A stretch of 64,000 nucleotides of DNA from Rhodothermaceae bacterium (GTDB taxonomy: Bacteria; Bacteroidota; Rhodothermia; Rhodothermales; Bin80). A program made the translations under genes and the position numbers. Below the pieces are notes generated by a model. It ran no database searches, was not told the origin of the DNA, and was given only the letters and a program-made list of their open reading frames with translations. The stretch covers positions 64,506 through 128,505 of the forward strand of contig VXSC01000027.1 in the NCBI GenBank assembly GCA_009838195.1. Reading direction: 5' to 3'. Below, piece after piece: positions 8,467 to 18,292 of this stretch (the first letter of the stretch is position 1; every line of letters starts with the position of its first letter).

Positions 8467-8756
8467 TGAATTTCCGTTGATCTAAATTGGGTAGTATATG
8501 CAGAGGATGGACATTAGTCGTTGGACATGTGAAGCGTTTGACAGGTTTTGGATTCAGATGTTCTATAGGAATAATCCGTTTGAGAAGGCGTGACGCATCT
8601 ATTCTTAGTAGTTTCTGAGTAAGGAGATATCGCTATCCTAATGCCATGATTAAGCAGAATTCTGCCAACACACTGTGATGATTAAATCCGGTCACGCTAC
8701 ACGTCCGATAGCGTCAACAAAGTTGAGGGCGAGACGCTTCGGCTACTATGTCTGGA

Positions 8757-10586
8757 TCAGTACTGCGTGTTGCGGAAAAACAATATTCCACCACCCAGCC
8801 CGCCACTGAACACATCCAGGTCTCCGTCCGTGTCAATATCTATAAACGCGGGGACCGCAAGGATCGGGAAAGGAGCTGGAAGTGTACCGGATTCAACAAA
8901 AACGGGCACCTCTGTATTTCCCTCATTCATGTAAAGGACAACTCCATCGGCTTCGCGCCCCAGAATTAGATCTTGATCCCCATCTCCGTCCAAGTCGGCA
9001 AAGCGGGGCACACTTCGCCGTCCAACGTCGATGCCTTCGAATTCGTCGCTGACAAGCTCAAATTGTGGTACACTCGGGCTGCCGTTGTTGCGGTAAAAAT
9101 TCAGATCTCCCGATGACTCGCCAATGAAAAGATCCAGGTCCCCGTCTGCGTCAATATCTACAAGGGCAGGCGTACTGTTGCTACCACGGGTGAGAGTTAC
9201 GGTATTACTTTCATCTAGTACAAAATCCGGTACACTCGGGGTTCCATCATTGCGGAAATACAAACTGCCCTTGTTCCAGGTACCTACCAGCATATCCAAA
9301 TCTCCATCCGCATCAAGGTCCGCCACAGCAGGTGCGAGATTGTAATGCCCCCCGATGGGAAGCGGCGATCGTCGTTGCCAGCGAAGATGTCCGGGCACAG
9401 AGGTGTTTTCGAAGAAATGGATTGTGGCGGTATTAAAATCGTGCGTTGAGATCTTGTTGGAGATCAGTAGGTCATGATCTCCGTCTGCGTCCAGATCAGC
9501 AAATACAGGGTAGGAATCTGCACCGACATCAATTCCCGACAGTAATGTTTTTGTTTTCAGCACAAGTCCCTCCGGTGTCGGATCCATGTAGTAGAGATTG
9601 TCCACTGCAGACGTGTTTGGGTTGAATGCTCCGCCAAGCACTCCGAACAGCAGTTCAGCGGTGTCATCCCCGTCAAGGTCAGCAAAGAGAACGGAATTGT
9701 AGCCGCTAGTCTTGATCGGATCGTCAGGCGGATAGGCAACCGGTTCATTGCGAAGGTTCGGCTCCGCACAGGTTCCGGTATTGGAAATCAGCAAAATGCC
9801 CGGTTCAAAAAAATCTCCCCAAAAGAGATCCTCATCGCCGTCCTGATCAATATCGTGGAACGACAGAGCATTGGCACCGTGCAGGGTAGCAAACATGCCA
9901 AGAATTTCTATGTCCTCAAACCGCTCGGTCACTAGCCGAAATCTTGGAAGCCCAGGTTCGTCTTTACCAACAGATTCATAGTGCAGTACGGTTCCGCTGA
10001 CACGGCCAATAAACAGATCCAGGAGTCCATCACAGTCTAGGTCAATGACGGTCGGGATATTTTGGCGATCTATAAAGAGTGGTTCGCCCTCTGCATCTAG
10101 TAATGAATCTAGGGGCGCGGCAAAGGAAGCGGAGGTGGCGGTTCCTTCGTTGCGAAAAAGCCGCACATAACTGAAGACGGTTTCGCTGATCAAGTCATAG
10201 TCGCCGTCCTGATCTAGGTCAACGAATCGGTACCACTCACCTACATCCAGATCTTGATACTGATCACTGCGCCAGGTAAACGAGGGTGCGGTGGTGCTGC
10301 CGGTGTTTTCAAAATACTTGATGTGACCGGTTAACTCCTGAACAAACAGGTCCAGGTCCTGATCGCCATCAATATCAATCAGTTGTGGTCTAGGCAGATT
10401 GAATCCACCATGGAATGGATGATCAAGAGGCTCGCCATCCACCCCAAATACCTCAATCCCATAGATCTCCTGGACATATGAGGGGGGAAACTCAGGAGGA
10501 CCCTGCTGGGTTGTCTGTGTGGTCGCACAGCCTGACAGGAAAGCAAGGGCAAGACCAAGGGAAACCCAATTCCTAGCGGGTCCCAA
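8757..10586 (-). CDS. FG-GAP/VCBS repeat lipoprotein
   Basis: Repeated (F/V)ADLDGDGDxDL(L/F) calcium-binding-like FG-GAP units throughout. The ORF extends to 10817 but overlaps the upstream gene. An in-frame TTG at 10586 gives (M)GPARNWVSLGLALAFLSGC with lipobox LSGC. Confidence 0.8.
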   Translation of the reverse strand: MGPARNWVSLGLALAFLSGCATTQTTQQGPPEFPPSYVQEIYGIEVFGVDGEPLDHPFHGGFNLPRPQLIDIDGDQDLDLFVQELTGHIKYFENTGSTTAPSFTWRSDQYQDLDVGEWYRFVDLDQDGDYDLISETVFSYVRLFRNEGTATSASFAAPLDSLLDAEGEPLFIDRQNIPTVIDLDCDGLLDLFIGRVSGTVLHYESVGKDEPGLPRFRLVTERFEDIEILGMFATLHGANALSFHDIDQDGDEDLFWGDFFEPGILLISNTGTCAEPNLRNEPVAYPPDDPIKTSGYNSVLFADLDGDDTAELLFGVLGGAFNPNTSAVDNLYYMDPTPEGLVLKTKTLLSGIDVGADSYPVFADLDADGDHDLLISNKISTHDFNTATIHFFENTSVPGHLRWQRRSPLPIGGHYNLAPAVADLDADGDLDMLVGTWNKGSLYFRNDGTPSVPDFVLDESNTVTLTRGSNSTPALVDIDADGDLDLFIGESSGDLNFYRNNGSPSVPQFELVSDEFEGIDVGRRSVPRFADLDGDGDQDLILGREADGVVLYMNEGNTEVPVFVESGTLPAPFPILAVPAFIDIDTDGDLDVFSGGLGGGILFFRNTQY

Positions 10587-11928
10587 GACCAGTGGGATTC
10601 GGCCCCACTTCGAGCATTTTTGTGATTTCACGAGATTCCGAGTCAATGACTGCAATGACCCCTGGGAGATGGCCATCCTGCCATGAATATCGGCCAGAAT
10701 AGGCTCCCTTGAGATTATTGTTGGAGATATACACGTTGCGTCCATTCGGTGAGATGGCAGCTCCATGAGGCTCCGCAAGTCCTTCAACGGTTGCCGCAAC
10801 TGCGCGCTCGGCAACATCTACGACCGTGGCACGATTGCCCATCTTGTTGCCAAACCAGACATAATTCCCATCTGGACTAAACACAGGATGCCAAGGTGCC
10901 ATACCAACCTTGATAGACCCGTCTGGAACTGGGGTAAAAGGATCCGACGACAGGTCAAAGAAGAGAAATTCGCCGGTAAGCTGTCCTCCCGCGACCATCA
11001 CCTGACCATCTGGTGATACAGCAAATTGCACGAGTGTGTGTGGATCTCCTTGGAGCCTCCGCATAAAGAATTCCTCGGCGGCGACATCAACCACGAACAT
11101 ATCATTTTGTGCAAGGCTTGCGACGTACACATATTTACCGCTTGGATTGATTGCCAGTGCATGGGGGCGGGGGAAAAACACATCCAGCTCTTCAATCTCC
11201 ATCCCATTCCGCTCAACGATGCCAATTCTCTGAGGTGGGTTGACAGCTTTCATGGATCGGCCCACAAACAGGAGGCTGTCGCTTGGGCTGACTACTAGCA
11301 TTCCCGGTCGCTCAAAAGCAATCTGATCAATCAGCTCATTATTTCGGTTGAACTTCAGTACGGTGTCATCCCCGATCAGGGAGACATAGAACGCAGATCC
11401 ATCGGGTTCAACGGCCACATGATGAGGCCTGGAGTTCTCGGTGAAGCCCAGTTCCTGCAGGTCAATCGTCCGGATGACCACATTCGCATCCATGTCAATG
11501 ACCGCAACTTTGGCGGCTCCCTGGATGCATGCATACAATAGGTTAGATGTATCCGAGTAGGCAACATGCCCTTCGTCATTCGGGGCGCCACGCTCGATCC
11601 ATGACCGAACTGTCAGAACATCTTCGTCGGACAATTTCGCGGCATGGGCGCTCAATGGGTCCTCACCGGAGAGGTTGTTAGCCAGACGGATCAACAGACT
11701 CCCATCTGGATCGTAAGGGATCACAATCTCCCCATGATCCGATCCGGCCATGATCCCATCCCACGATTCAAGAGAGAGGCCGGTCTCCCGCTCTAGGAGC
11801 AGAGCAAATTTCTCCTGAATGATGGGTAGGACATCGCGGCTGAAAATGGGCGGTGCCGACTGCGCCAACGCATGTCCATAAAAAAGCACCAGAAAAAATG
11901 CAACGCCAGAAAAATATTTTCTTAGCAT
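10573..11928 (-). CDS. secreted protein: PSCyt1-like domain lacking CxxCH, plus YVTN-type beta-propeller
   Basis: Signal peptide MLRKYFSGVAFFLVLFYGHALAQ. The N-terminal block FSRDVLPIIQEKFALLLERETGLSLES...GSLLIRL...VRSWIERGAP follows the planctomycete cytochrome c pattern, with FALLL in place of CxxCH. Propeller blades resemble (S)PDG..(V)YVS. Confidence 0.7.
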   Translation of the reverse strand: MLRKYFSGVAFFLVLFYGHALAQSAPPIFSRDVLPIIQEKFALLLERETGLSLESWDGIMAGSDHGEIVIPYDPDGSLLIRLANNLSGEDPLSAHAAKLSDEDVLTVRSWIERGAPNDEGHVAYSDTSNLLYACIQGAAKVAVIDMDANVVIRTIDLQELGFTENSRPHHVAVEPDGSAFYVSLIGDDTVLKFNRNNELIDQIAFERPGMLVVSPSDSLLFVGRSMKAVNPPQRIGIVERNGMEIEELDVFFPRPHALAINPSGKYVYVASLAQNDMFVVDVAAEEFFMRRLQGDPHTLVQFAVSPDGQVMVAGGQLTGEFLFFDLSSDPFTPVPDGSIKVGMAPWHPVFSPDGNYVWFGNKMGNRATVVDVAERAVAATVEGLAEPHGAAISPNGRNVYISNNNLKGAYSGRYSWQDGHLPGVIAVIDSESREITKMLEVGPNPTGLGTR

Positions 11929-11944
11929 ACGACTGGAGATTCAC

Positions 11945-14320
11945 CTATATATCAATATTTTGTTTTCGGACAATGAAGAGTCCCTCGCCGATACTGGTAA
12001 CGATGATCGTGCCACTGGGGAAGTAGGGATAATTGCTCCACGACCCCTCAAACCCCGGCTTGTCCGTGCCTATCGGATGGGTGTCAAAGAAGCCGATTTC
12101 TACTGGGTTGGTGCGATCGCTGATGTCAAAGATTCGCAGCCCGCTCATGTAATTGGACTGATACATCACATCTCCCTGAATGTACAGGTTATGATCACTT
12201 GAAAGGTTCTCTGACATGAATTCCTTCTCCAACAGGGGGTCGTCCAAGTCCGATACATTCCAGATGAGGGTTCGCGTACCCACGACATTTCCACTTAACT
12301 CATCAATCTCATCGTTCATATAAAAGTACTCAAAGTCGTCGGTGACCCAGCCTTGGTGAGCATATGCTACATTTGGGTATTCTGCCACGGAGAGGGCCAC
12401 AGGATTTTCTTTATCCGTGACATCCGAGATGCTGAGTGCGGTCTCATTCGAGTTAAAGCAAATCTCTTTTCCGTGATAGTCGGTGTCTGGTCCCTCATAG
12501 ATTACGCACTGCGCATCATGTGAGTAACCTGTACCGGCGCGGCCAGTACTCGGATCTGCAAAGCAGCCAGCAAATTGAGGCGAAACAGGATCCTGTATGT
12601 TGACCATGTGCAATCCTCCTCCACAGGTATCCCCACCACCACTGCTTCCAACCACATAGGCGAATCCAGTGTCTTCGTTGATCACGACGTTGTGAGCACT
12701 GGCGATGCCATCATAAATCGCATCTTCCGTGAAGGTAACTGGTGTGTCACTATCCTCGCGAAGGCGGGTTAAGTCAAAGATCTGCATACCATGCTCGCCC
12801 GCATTATCGGCTACAATGAACGCATGGTTGGCATGGACCTTGATATCTCGCCAGGAATTCGGATTTGCACCTTCGGTCAACGGCAGGTCTCCTTTCAAGA
12901 CTGGGTTGGTCGGATCCGTAATGTCTACAAAAGAAGTTCCATTGGTTCGTCCCACCAAGGCATATTCACGGCTGGTTTCAGGGTCAACCCATCCCCAGAC
13001 ATCGTTCGCTTGGATCCCGTCGCCCCCTCCAAGATCTTCAATCGTCATATAGGAGAGTAGATCAACGTTCCCACAGTCAAACTGCCCGGCCACCCCGTCG
13101 GCACAGTCTACAGCGCCACTTGAGATGAGTACAACCTCTTTGCCGGTTTTCAGCGGGTCACTCACGACCCATTCACCACTTTCGCCGTCCATAGTAGCTA
13201 CGCGAACCGAGCCCTTACCAAGGTTCGTAAAGGGTGCACTAATAACACCTGTGTTATCTCCAAGGGAAATAACCATGCCGAAAAGCTGATCTCCTGTCCC
13301 CGCTTCAATGGTACCTGTTCTGGCCCATTGCATGGAGTCCATATCTAGTTCGTACGACCACACAGATCCCATCTGACCACCGGCGACAGGCAGACCTGCA
13401 AGCAGGGTTGTGTTATTAGAGCCGAAACCGAGGCCGAAGATATCAAAGCCACCTATTTCCGTAGCCAGCACTTGGAGAATTTCAAGCCCCTGGACGCCAA
13501 TCGCTGCCCAGACCAATTTACCTGGAGGAGGAGGCGCGGTTGGCTGTATATTGGGAACGATCCCTGGGGCGCCTGCAAAGAGCATTGAGTCAGCAACCAC
13601 CTGCAGGGCAACTCCCAGTCCCCGGCCATTAATATTTTCTTGATCACCACTCAGGATTTGCTGGCCATGCCACTGACCGTCGTGATTCGCAAAATGGTAT
13701 ACGGCTCCAGCGCCTTCATTGGCACCGGGAGCACCAACGTAGACGCTTCCATTGCCTGCAACTGCAACGGATGAGCCAAATAAATCCGCCACCTGCACAT
13801 TTTCGTGTGTCAGTATACCTGCCTCTTCGAAGCCACCCTCTCCACGCGTGTAAACAGACACGGAGTTAGTTGAATCAACCCCAGTCATACCTCCTGTAAC
13901 GAGGGTTGCCCCCGAAAAGGCAACGCTTCCGCCAATTGGTGCTTCTTCCGAGCCAGATACCTTCGCAACTTCTTCCCAGTCACCCGTTTCGCTATTTTGG
14001 GCAAAGACGTAAACTGCACCACCAGTTCCTTCCATAGAGGGGGCGCCGATTGCAAGGTGCTCTCCGTTGGCAACGATCTGGTAGCCAAACCCATCTCCTG
14101 CTGTAGCGTCCGAGGCTATGAGTTCACCGGCAACCTGCCATCCCTCTTCGTCACCTGTGTATTGATAGATATAGACAATTCCTGACTGATCGTCATCAGG
14201 GATAGGGTGCCCTACCAAGATGGAATTTTCGGTAGTCTCCGTAGCGAGGCCGAGAGCATTAATCTGGGCGTAAGCTGTAGATGGCACGGCGAAAAGTAGT
14301 AAGAGGGAAAAGTATTTCAT
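11945..14320 (-). CDS. secreted FG-GAP repeat plus choice-of-anchor-B / LVIVD-repeat protein
   Basis: Internal ATG at 14320 gives signal peptide MKYFSLLLLFAVPSTAYAQ. Integrin-alpha-like FG-GAP units (DGFGYQIVANGEHLAIGAP...GAVYVF). C-terminal half carries GYSHDAQCVIY, AYAHQGWVTDD and NYMSGLRIFDISD. Confidence 0.78.
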   Translation of the reverse strand: MKYFSLLLLFAVPSTAYAQINALGLATETTENSILVGHPIPDDDQSGIVYIYQYTGDEEGWQVAGELIASDATAGDGFGYQIVANGEHLAIGAPSMEGTGGAVYVFAQNSETGDWEEVAKVSGSEEAPIGGSVAFSGATLVTGGMTGVDSTNSVSVYTRGEGGFEEAGILTHENVQVADLFGSSVAVAGNGSVYVGAPGANEGAGAVYHFANHDGQWHGQQILSGDQENINGRGLGVALQVVADSMLFAGAPGIVPNIQPTAPPPPGKLVWAAIGVQGLEILQVLATEIGGFDIFGLGFGSNNTTLLAGLPVAGGQMGSVWSYELDMDSMQWARTGTIEAGTGDQLFGMVISLGDNTGVISAPFTNLGKGSVRVATMDGESGEWVVSDPLKTGKEVVLISSGAVDCADGVAGQFDCGNVDLLSYMTIEDLGGGDGIQANDVWGWVDPETSREYALVGRTNGTSFVDITDPTNPVLKGDLPLTEGANPNSWRDIKVHANHAFIVADNAGEHGMQIFDLTRLREDSDTPVTFTEDAIYDGIASAHNVVINEDTGFAYVVGSSGGGDTCGGGLHMVNIQDPVSPQFAGCFADPSTGRAGTGYSHDAQCVIYEGPDTDYHGKEICFNSNETALSISDVTDKENPVALSVAEYPNVAYAHQGWVTDDFEYFYMNDEIDELSGNVVGTRTLIWNVSDLDDPLLEKEFMSENLSSDHNLYIQGDVMYQSNYMSGLRIFDISDRTNPVEIGFFDTHPIGTDKPGFEGSWSNYPYFPSGTIIVTSIGEGLFIVRKQNIDI

Positions 14321-14397
14321 GACGAAGATTGGCCATTGGGTTAACAGAATCAAGTCCCCTAGTACGATTTTGACGGACATAGGATGCAGAAAATACG

Positions 14398-16290
14398 TCA
14401 GGATTCCTTCTGCAGTACTAGGAAGGCAAGTGGAGGGAGTGTCACGACGATACTCGAGGGGCGACCGTGGCATGGAACGGGCATGCTCTCCACGCGCCCC
14501 ATATTACCCATGTCACTTCCCCCATATATGGATGCATCACTATTTAAGCGTTCGTGCCAATGGCCCTTTTTTTCAACACCAATCCTGAAATTCTCCCGAG
14601 GAACCGGGGTCATGTTCAGAGCGAACACAATGCTTTCAGATCCCTGCTTTCGCTCATAGACAAGAATCGAGTCATTGACATGTTCACCAATCCACGACCA
14701 TCCGTCCGGACCATCATTCCAGAGAGCAGGCGACTCTAGATATAGAGTGTTCAGGTCTTTCACGAGGCGAAGGATCCCGCCATGCAGGGGACTGTTGACT
14801 AAATCCCAGTTTAATGGGTGATCATGAGTCCACTCCTGGGTTTGAGCAAACTCGCTACCCATAAATAGCATCTTTTTGCCGGGATGCCCGAACATGTGTC
14901 CCAAGAGGAGTCGATAATTGGCGGCTTTCTGCCACTCATCCCCCGGCATACGATCCCAGAGAGAGCCCTTGCCGTGAACGACCTCATCATGCGAAAGAGG
15001 AAGTACATAGTGCTCACTGAATGCATACACGAAGGAGAAGGTTAACAGGTTATGGTGGTACTTGCGATGCACTGGATCCTCACGCATGTAGGCGAGCACA
15101 TCGTTCATCCAGCCCATATTCCACTTGTACATGAAGCCGAGCCCCTGGTCGTAGGTCGGGGCGGATACTCCTTGAAATGCAGTCGATTCTTCTGCAATGG
15201 TAAAAGCACCGGGAAAGTGCGAATAGACAGCCTCGTTGGTTTTTTTGAGGACATCAATGGCCTCAAGGTTTTCGCGCTCACCATACGTATTCGGAGACCA
15301 CTCATCGCGTGAATAATCCCGGTACAGCATGGAGGCAACGGCATCCACACGTAAAGCGTCGATGTGGTACTTATCCAGCCAGAAGAGTGCGTTCGAAATC
15401 AGAAAATTCCGTACTCCGGCTTTTCCATAGTCAAAAATATAGGTTCCCCAGTCTGGGTGGTAGCGCATTTTGGGATCATCGTACTCAAACAGGGTGGAGC
15501 CATCATAATAAACCAACCCTTGTGGATCCGTAGCAAAGTGGGCGGGGACCCAGTCGACGATCACACCAATTCCCCGTTGATGGAGAGTATCAATCAGAAA
15601 CATCAGATCTTCAGGAGAGCCGTATCGGTAAGTCGGGCAGAAGTATCCGACCACCTGATATCCCCACGATCCATAAAACGCGTGCTCGGCAACAGGAAGT
15701 AGTTCAACATGAGTAAAACCCAGATCGCTGACGTGATCTGCGAGTGCCTCGGCAATTTCTCGATAGGACAGGGAGGTGCCGTACTCTTTATGCTGCCAGG
15801 ATCCAAGGTGCACTTCGTAGATGGAGATTGGCTTCCCTAGCGTAGCTGCCCCATCCCGCTGATTCATCCACGCTTTATCCTGCCAGTCATACTGCAGGGG
15901 ATTTAAAACGGCAGAGAGTCCCTGCACGCTACTTCCCTGAGATACGGGTGGCTCCATTTGAACCGCGAAAGGGTCACACTTGTCCACTGTATACAGGCCG
16001 TGCTGGATGCGGTATTTGTATCGCTGCCCCCTTGAAGCACCAGGAACGAAGCATTCCCAGCAACCGCTTCCGGTTTTTTGCATGGGATGCGCCTCTGCCT
16101 GCCAGTCATTAAAATCTCCAATGACATGAATGGTATCTGCATGCGGTGCCCAGACTGCAAACCAGGCGCCATCTTCGTGCAAATGTCCACCAAGCCGCTC
16201 GTAACTCTTGGTCAATTCTCCTTGATCCCAAAAATAGAGATCTTCATCTGAGAGCCACCGCTCCCTCTGTTTTTTAGACTTGCTGGGCAT
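14398..16290 (-). CDS. glgB: 1,4-alpha-glucan branching enzyme (GH13)
   Basis: 630 aa. [20 protein letters not shown] (CBM48), [39 protein letters not shown]. Confidence 0.93.
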   Translation of the reverse strand: MPSKSKKQRERWLSDEDLYFWDQGELTKSYERLGGHLHEDGAWFAVWAPHADTIHVIGDFNDWQAEAHPMQKTGSGCWECFVPGASRGQRYKYRIQHGLYTVDKCDPFAVQMEPPVSQGSSVQGLSAVLNPLQYDWQDKAWMNQRDGAATLGKPISIYEVHLGSWQHKEYGTSLSYREIAEALADHVSDLGFTHVELLPVAEHAFYGSWGYQVVGYFCPTYRYGSPEDLMFLIDTLHQRGIGVIVDWVPAHFATDPQGLVYYDGSTLFEYDDPKMRYHPDWGTYIFDYGKAGVRNFLISNALFWLDKYHIDALRVDAVASMLYRDYSRDEWSPNTYGERENLEAIDVLKKTNEAVYSHFPGAFTIAEESTAFQGVSAPTYDQGLGFMYKWNMGWMNDVLAYMREDPVHRKYHHNLLTFSFVYAFSEHYVLPLSHDEVVHGKGSLWDRMPGDEWQKAANYRLLLGHMFGHPGKKMLFMGSEFAQTQEWTHDHPLNWDLVNSPLHGGILRLVKDLNTLYLESPALWNDGPDGWSWIGEHVNDSILVYERKQGSESIVFALNMTPVPRENFRIGVEKKGHWHERLNSDASIYGGSDMGNMGRVESMPVPCHGRPSSIVVTLPPLAFLVLQKES

Positions 16291-16885
16291 TCAATACACG
16301 AGCTAGCTATAAAGGAAATACCTCACATCGAAGGACAAAAAACGGTTGTACTTCACTGAAACCATATAGTTAAAAGTGGGACAGAGATCTAGGGGGATTT
16401 CCGAATCGGACGATCCCGGATCCTCAATCCGTTTCTGGATCGATTGACACAGAACAAAGTGTGTCGAAAACTGAAAGGGGGTGAGAGAGATATTCCGCCT
16501 GAATTATGATATCAACCGCTTATAAGCAACAGGCTGGGGTAGAGCAAAGTCAGCAAGTTAGAAATCTGCTTCTTTTGTGGTGTTGCAATTGTTAACCTTG
16601 GGCGAGAAATTGTACCGTTCTGGTACGAATCCAAGAGCGCTTTTAACAAATGACGATGAATTAGTCGCTAAATTCGGCCGAATAGGTCCATCATTACACA
16701 CGAGATCAATAATTCGCTTGCAGAGATGGCGATTATTGTTAATTCGATTACTTTCGTATCGGGATCATATGAGAGGATTAGCCGACTCCCTGATAGAATA
16801 CTAGTGTTCCTACGTAACGGTGCGTGTTCGGGGCAGCCCCCTTGTCGGGGCCTGTATGAATTCCATAATCTATTGCAGCATTTTC

Positions 16886-18277
16886 ATGACGACTAATCAC
16901 AATCCACATAACTGGCCATACCGGGTTTTCCGACTGGAGGATCGGGAGGCTACCTTGTCCGGTGAAATCCGAGCCGGCTTTGCCACGTTCATGGTGATGG
17001 CCTACATCATTTTCGTCAACCCAAGTATACTGGGCGGAGCAGCTGACAGCGTCGGCATGGTGATGCCCCCGGCTGCTATACTGAGCCTGACATGCTTGGC
17101 CGCAGGGGTTCTAACCATCTTCATGGGCTTGTATGCGAACTATCCATTTGCTCTGGCGCCCGGCATGGGGCTCAATGCTGTCGTAGCGTTTCAGCTAGTT
17201 GGACAGATGGGATTAACGTGGGGGCAGGCTATGACGGTCGTTCTCATAGAAGGACTTATCATTTTTGTGCTTGTACTGACAAAATTTCGGGAAGCAATGA
17301 TGGATGCCATCCCAATGTCTCTGAAAAAATCTATAGGCGCAGGCATTGGCCTGTTTCTAGCTCTCATTGGAGGCATTAACAGTGGGATTATCGTCACTAC
17401 GGCCGGGACGCCTCTTGCACTGGGAAATTTGAGCCAGATCAGCGTGGTTACATTTCTCTTCGGACTCCTGCTGACAGTTTGGTTGATGGCCCGAGGTATT
17501 AAGGGTGCACTCTTATGGGGCATTGGCGCGACTACGCTTCTGGCGATTACTCTCAATCTGATGGTTGCCGATGGTACCGCATTTGGCGGAAGTGCTCAAG
17601 TTCCTACAGAATTTATTTGGCTTCCCCAAGGTATTATTGGGTCAGATTCCATTTTTGGTCGAATTGATTTCGGGCTTTTTACTCAATTGGGAATATTGGC
17701 TGCAATTCTGGCGGTATTTTCTCTCTTGCTGACCGATTTTTTCGACACAATGGGTACAGTTGTTGGTCTGGGTGAAGAGGGAGGATTTCTGACAAAGGAG
17801 GGCAAGTTGCCGGGTATTAACAGAGTGCTATTAGTGGATTCGGTGGGTGCAGCATTCGGAGGTTTTTCGAATGTGAGCAGTAACACGACCTATATTGAGA
17901 GTGCAGCTGGCATTGCGGAAGGAGGGCGCACTGGATTGACGGCTGTAGTAGTCGGTGTGCTCTTTTTGCTGTGTATGTTCTTTAGTCCGCTTGCAGGCAT
18001 CATCCCTGCAGAGGCTACGGCCCCCGCACTCATTCTGGTAGGCTTTCTGATGATGGGCACACTTCGGGATATCCCCTGGAAAGACTATGAGGCGTCCATT
18101 CCCGCTTTTCTTACATTGCTATTGATGCCGCTGACGTACAGCATCACTAACGGCATAGGAGTCGGCATTATCACCTACACGGTACTCAAACTGCTGGCTG
18201 GCAAGCACCATGAAATTCACTGGCTCCTCATCGTGGCGGCCGTCGCTTTCGTGGTTTATTTTGTGCTTTCTATCTAG
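16886..18277 (+). CDS. NCS2 family nucleobase permease (AzgA/PurP-like adenine/guanine/hypoxanthine transporter)
   Basis: ATG at 16886 (MTTNHN). FRLEDREATLSGEIRAGFATFMVMAYIIFVNP and TDFFDTMGTVVGL, NTTYIESAAGIAEGGRTGLT blocks. About 12 TM segments. Confidence 0.85.
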   Translation: MTTNHNPHNWPYRVFRLEDREATLSGEIRAGFATFMVMAYIIFVNPSILGGAADSVGMVMPPAAILSLTCLAAGVLTIFMGLYANYPFALAPGMGLNAVVAFQLVGQMGLTWGQAMTVVLIEGLIIFVLVLTKFREAMMDAIPMSLKKSIGAGIGLFLALIGGINSGIIVTTAGTPLALGNLSQISVVTFLFGLLLTVWLMARGIKGALLWGIGATTLLAITLNLMVADGTAFGGSAQVPTEFIWLPQGIIGSDSIFGRIDFGLFTQLGILAAILAVFSLLLTDFFDTMGTVVGLGEEGGFLTKEGKLPGINRVLLVDSVGAAFGGFSNVSSNTTYIESAAGIAEGGRTGLTAVVVGVLFLLCMFFSPLAGIIPAEATAPALILVGFLMMGTLRDIPWKDYEASIPAFLTLLLMPLTYSITNGIGVGIITYTVLKLLAGKHHEIHWLLIVAAVAFVVYFVLSI

Positions 18278-18292
18278 TCGTAGCAGCAAGAA

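Noticed and set aside
10587-10817. N-terminal extensions of the ORFs at 8757..10817, 11945..14473 (extension 14321..14473) and 18293..20359 (extension 20267..20359).
   Set aside because: - The extensions overlap the preceding gene or lack signal-peptide logic.
- Internal starts give canonical signal peptides or a lipobox (LSGC; MKYFSLLLLFAVPSTAYAQ), or the conserved GlgE N-terminus.
16577-16804. 75-aa ORF in the glgB-permease intergenic region, and the 80-aa ORF at 24368..24610.
   Set aside because: Non-ATG starts, Arg/Leu-rich low-information sequence and no recognisable motif. Both are treated as non-coding.
16740-16885. Purine riboswitch in front of the NCS2 permease.
   Set aside because: The conserved junction and loop sequences (UAUAAU, GGAUAUGG, UUUCUACC, CCGUAAA, GACUA) could not be located. 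Only generic small stems were seen.
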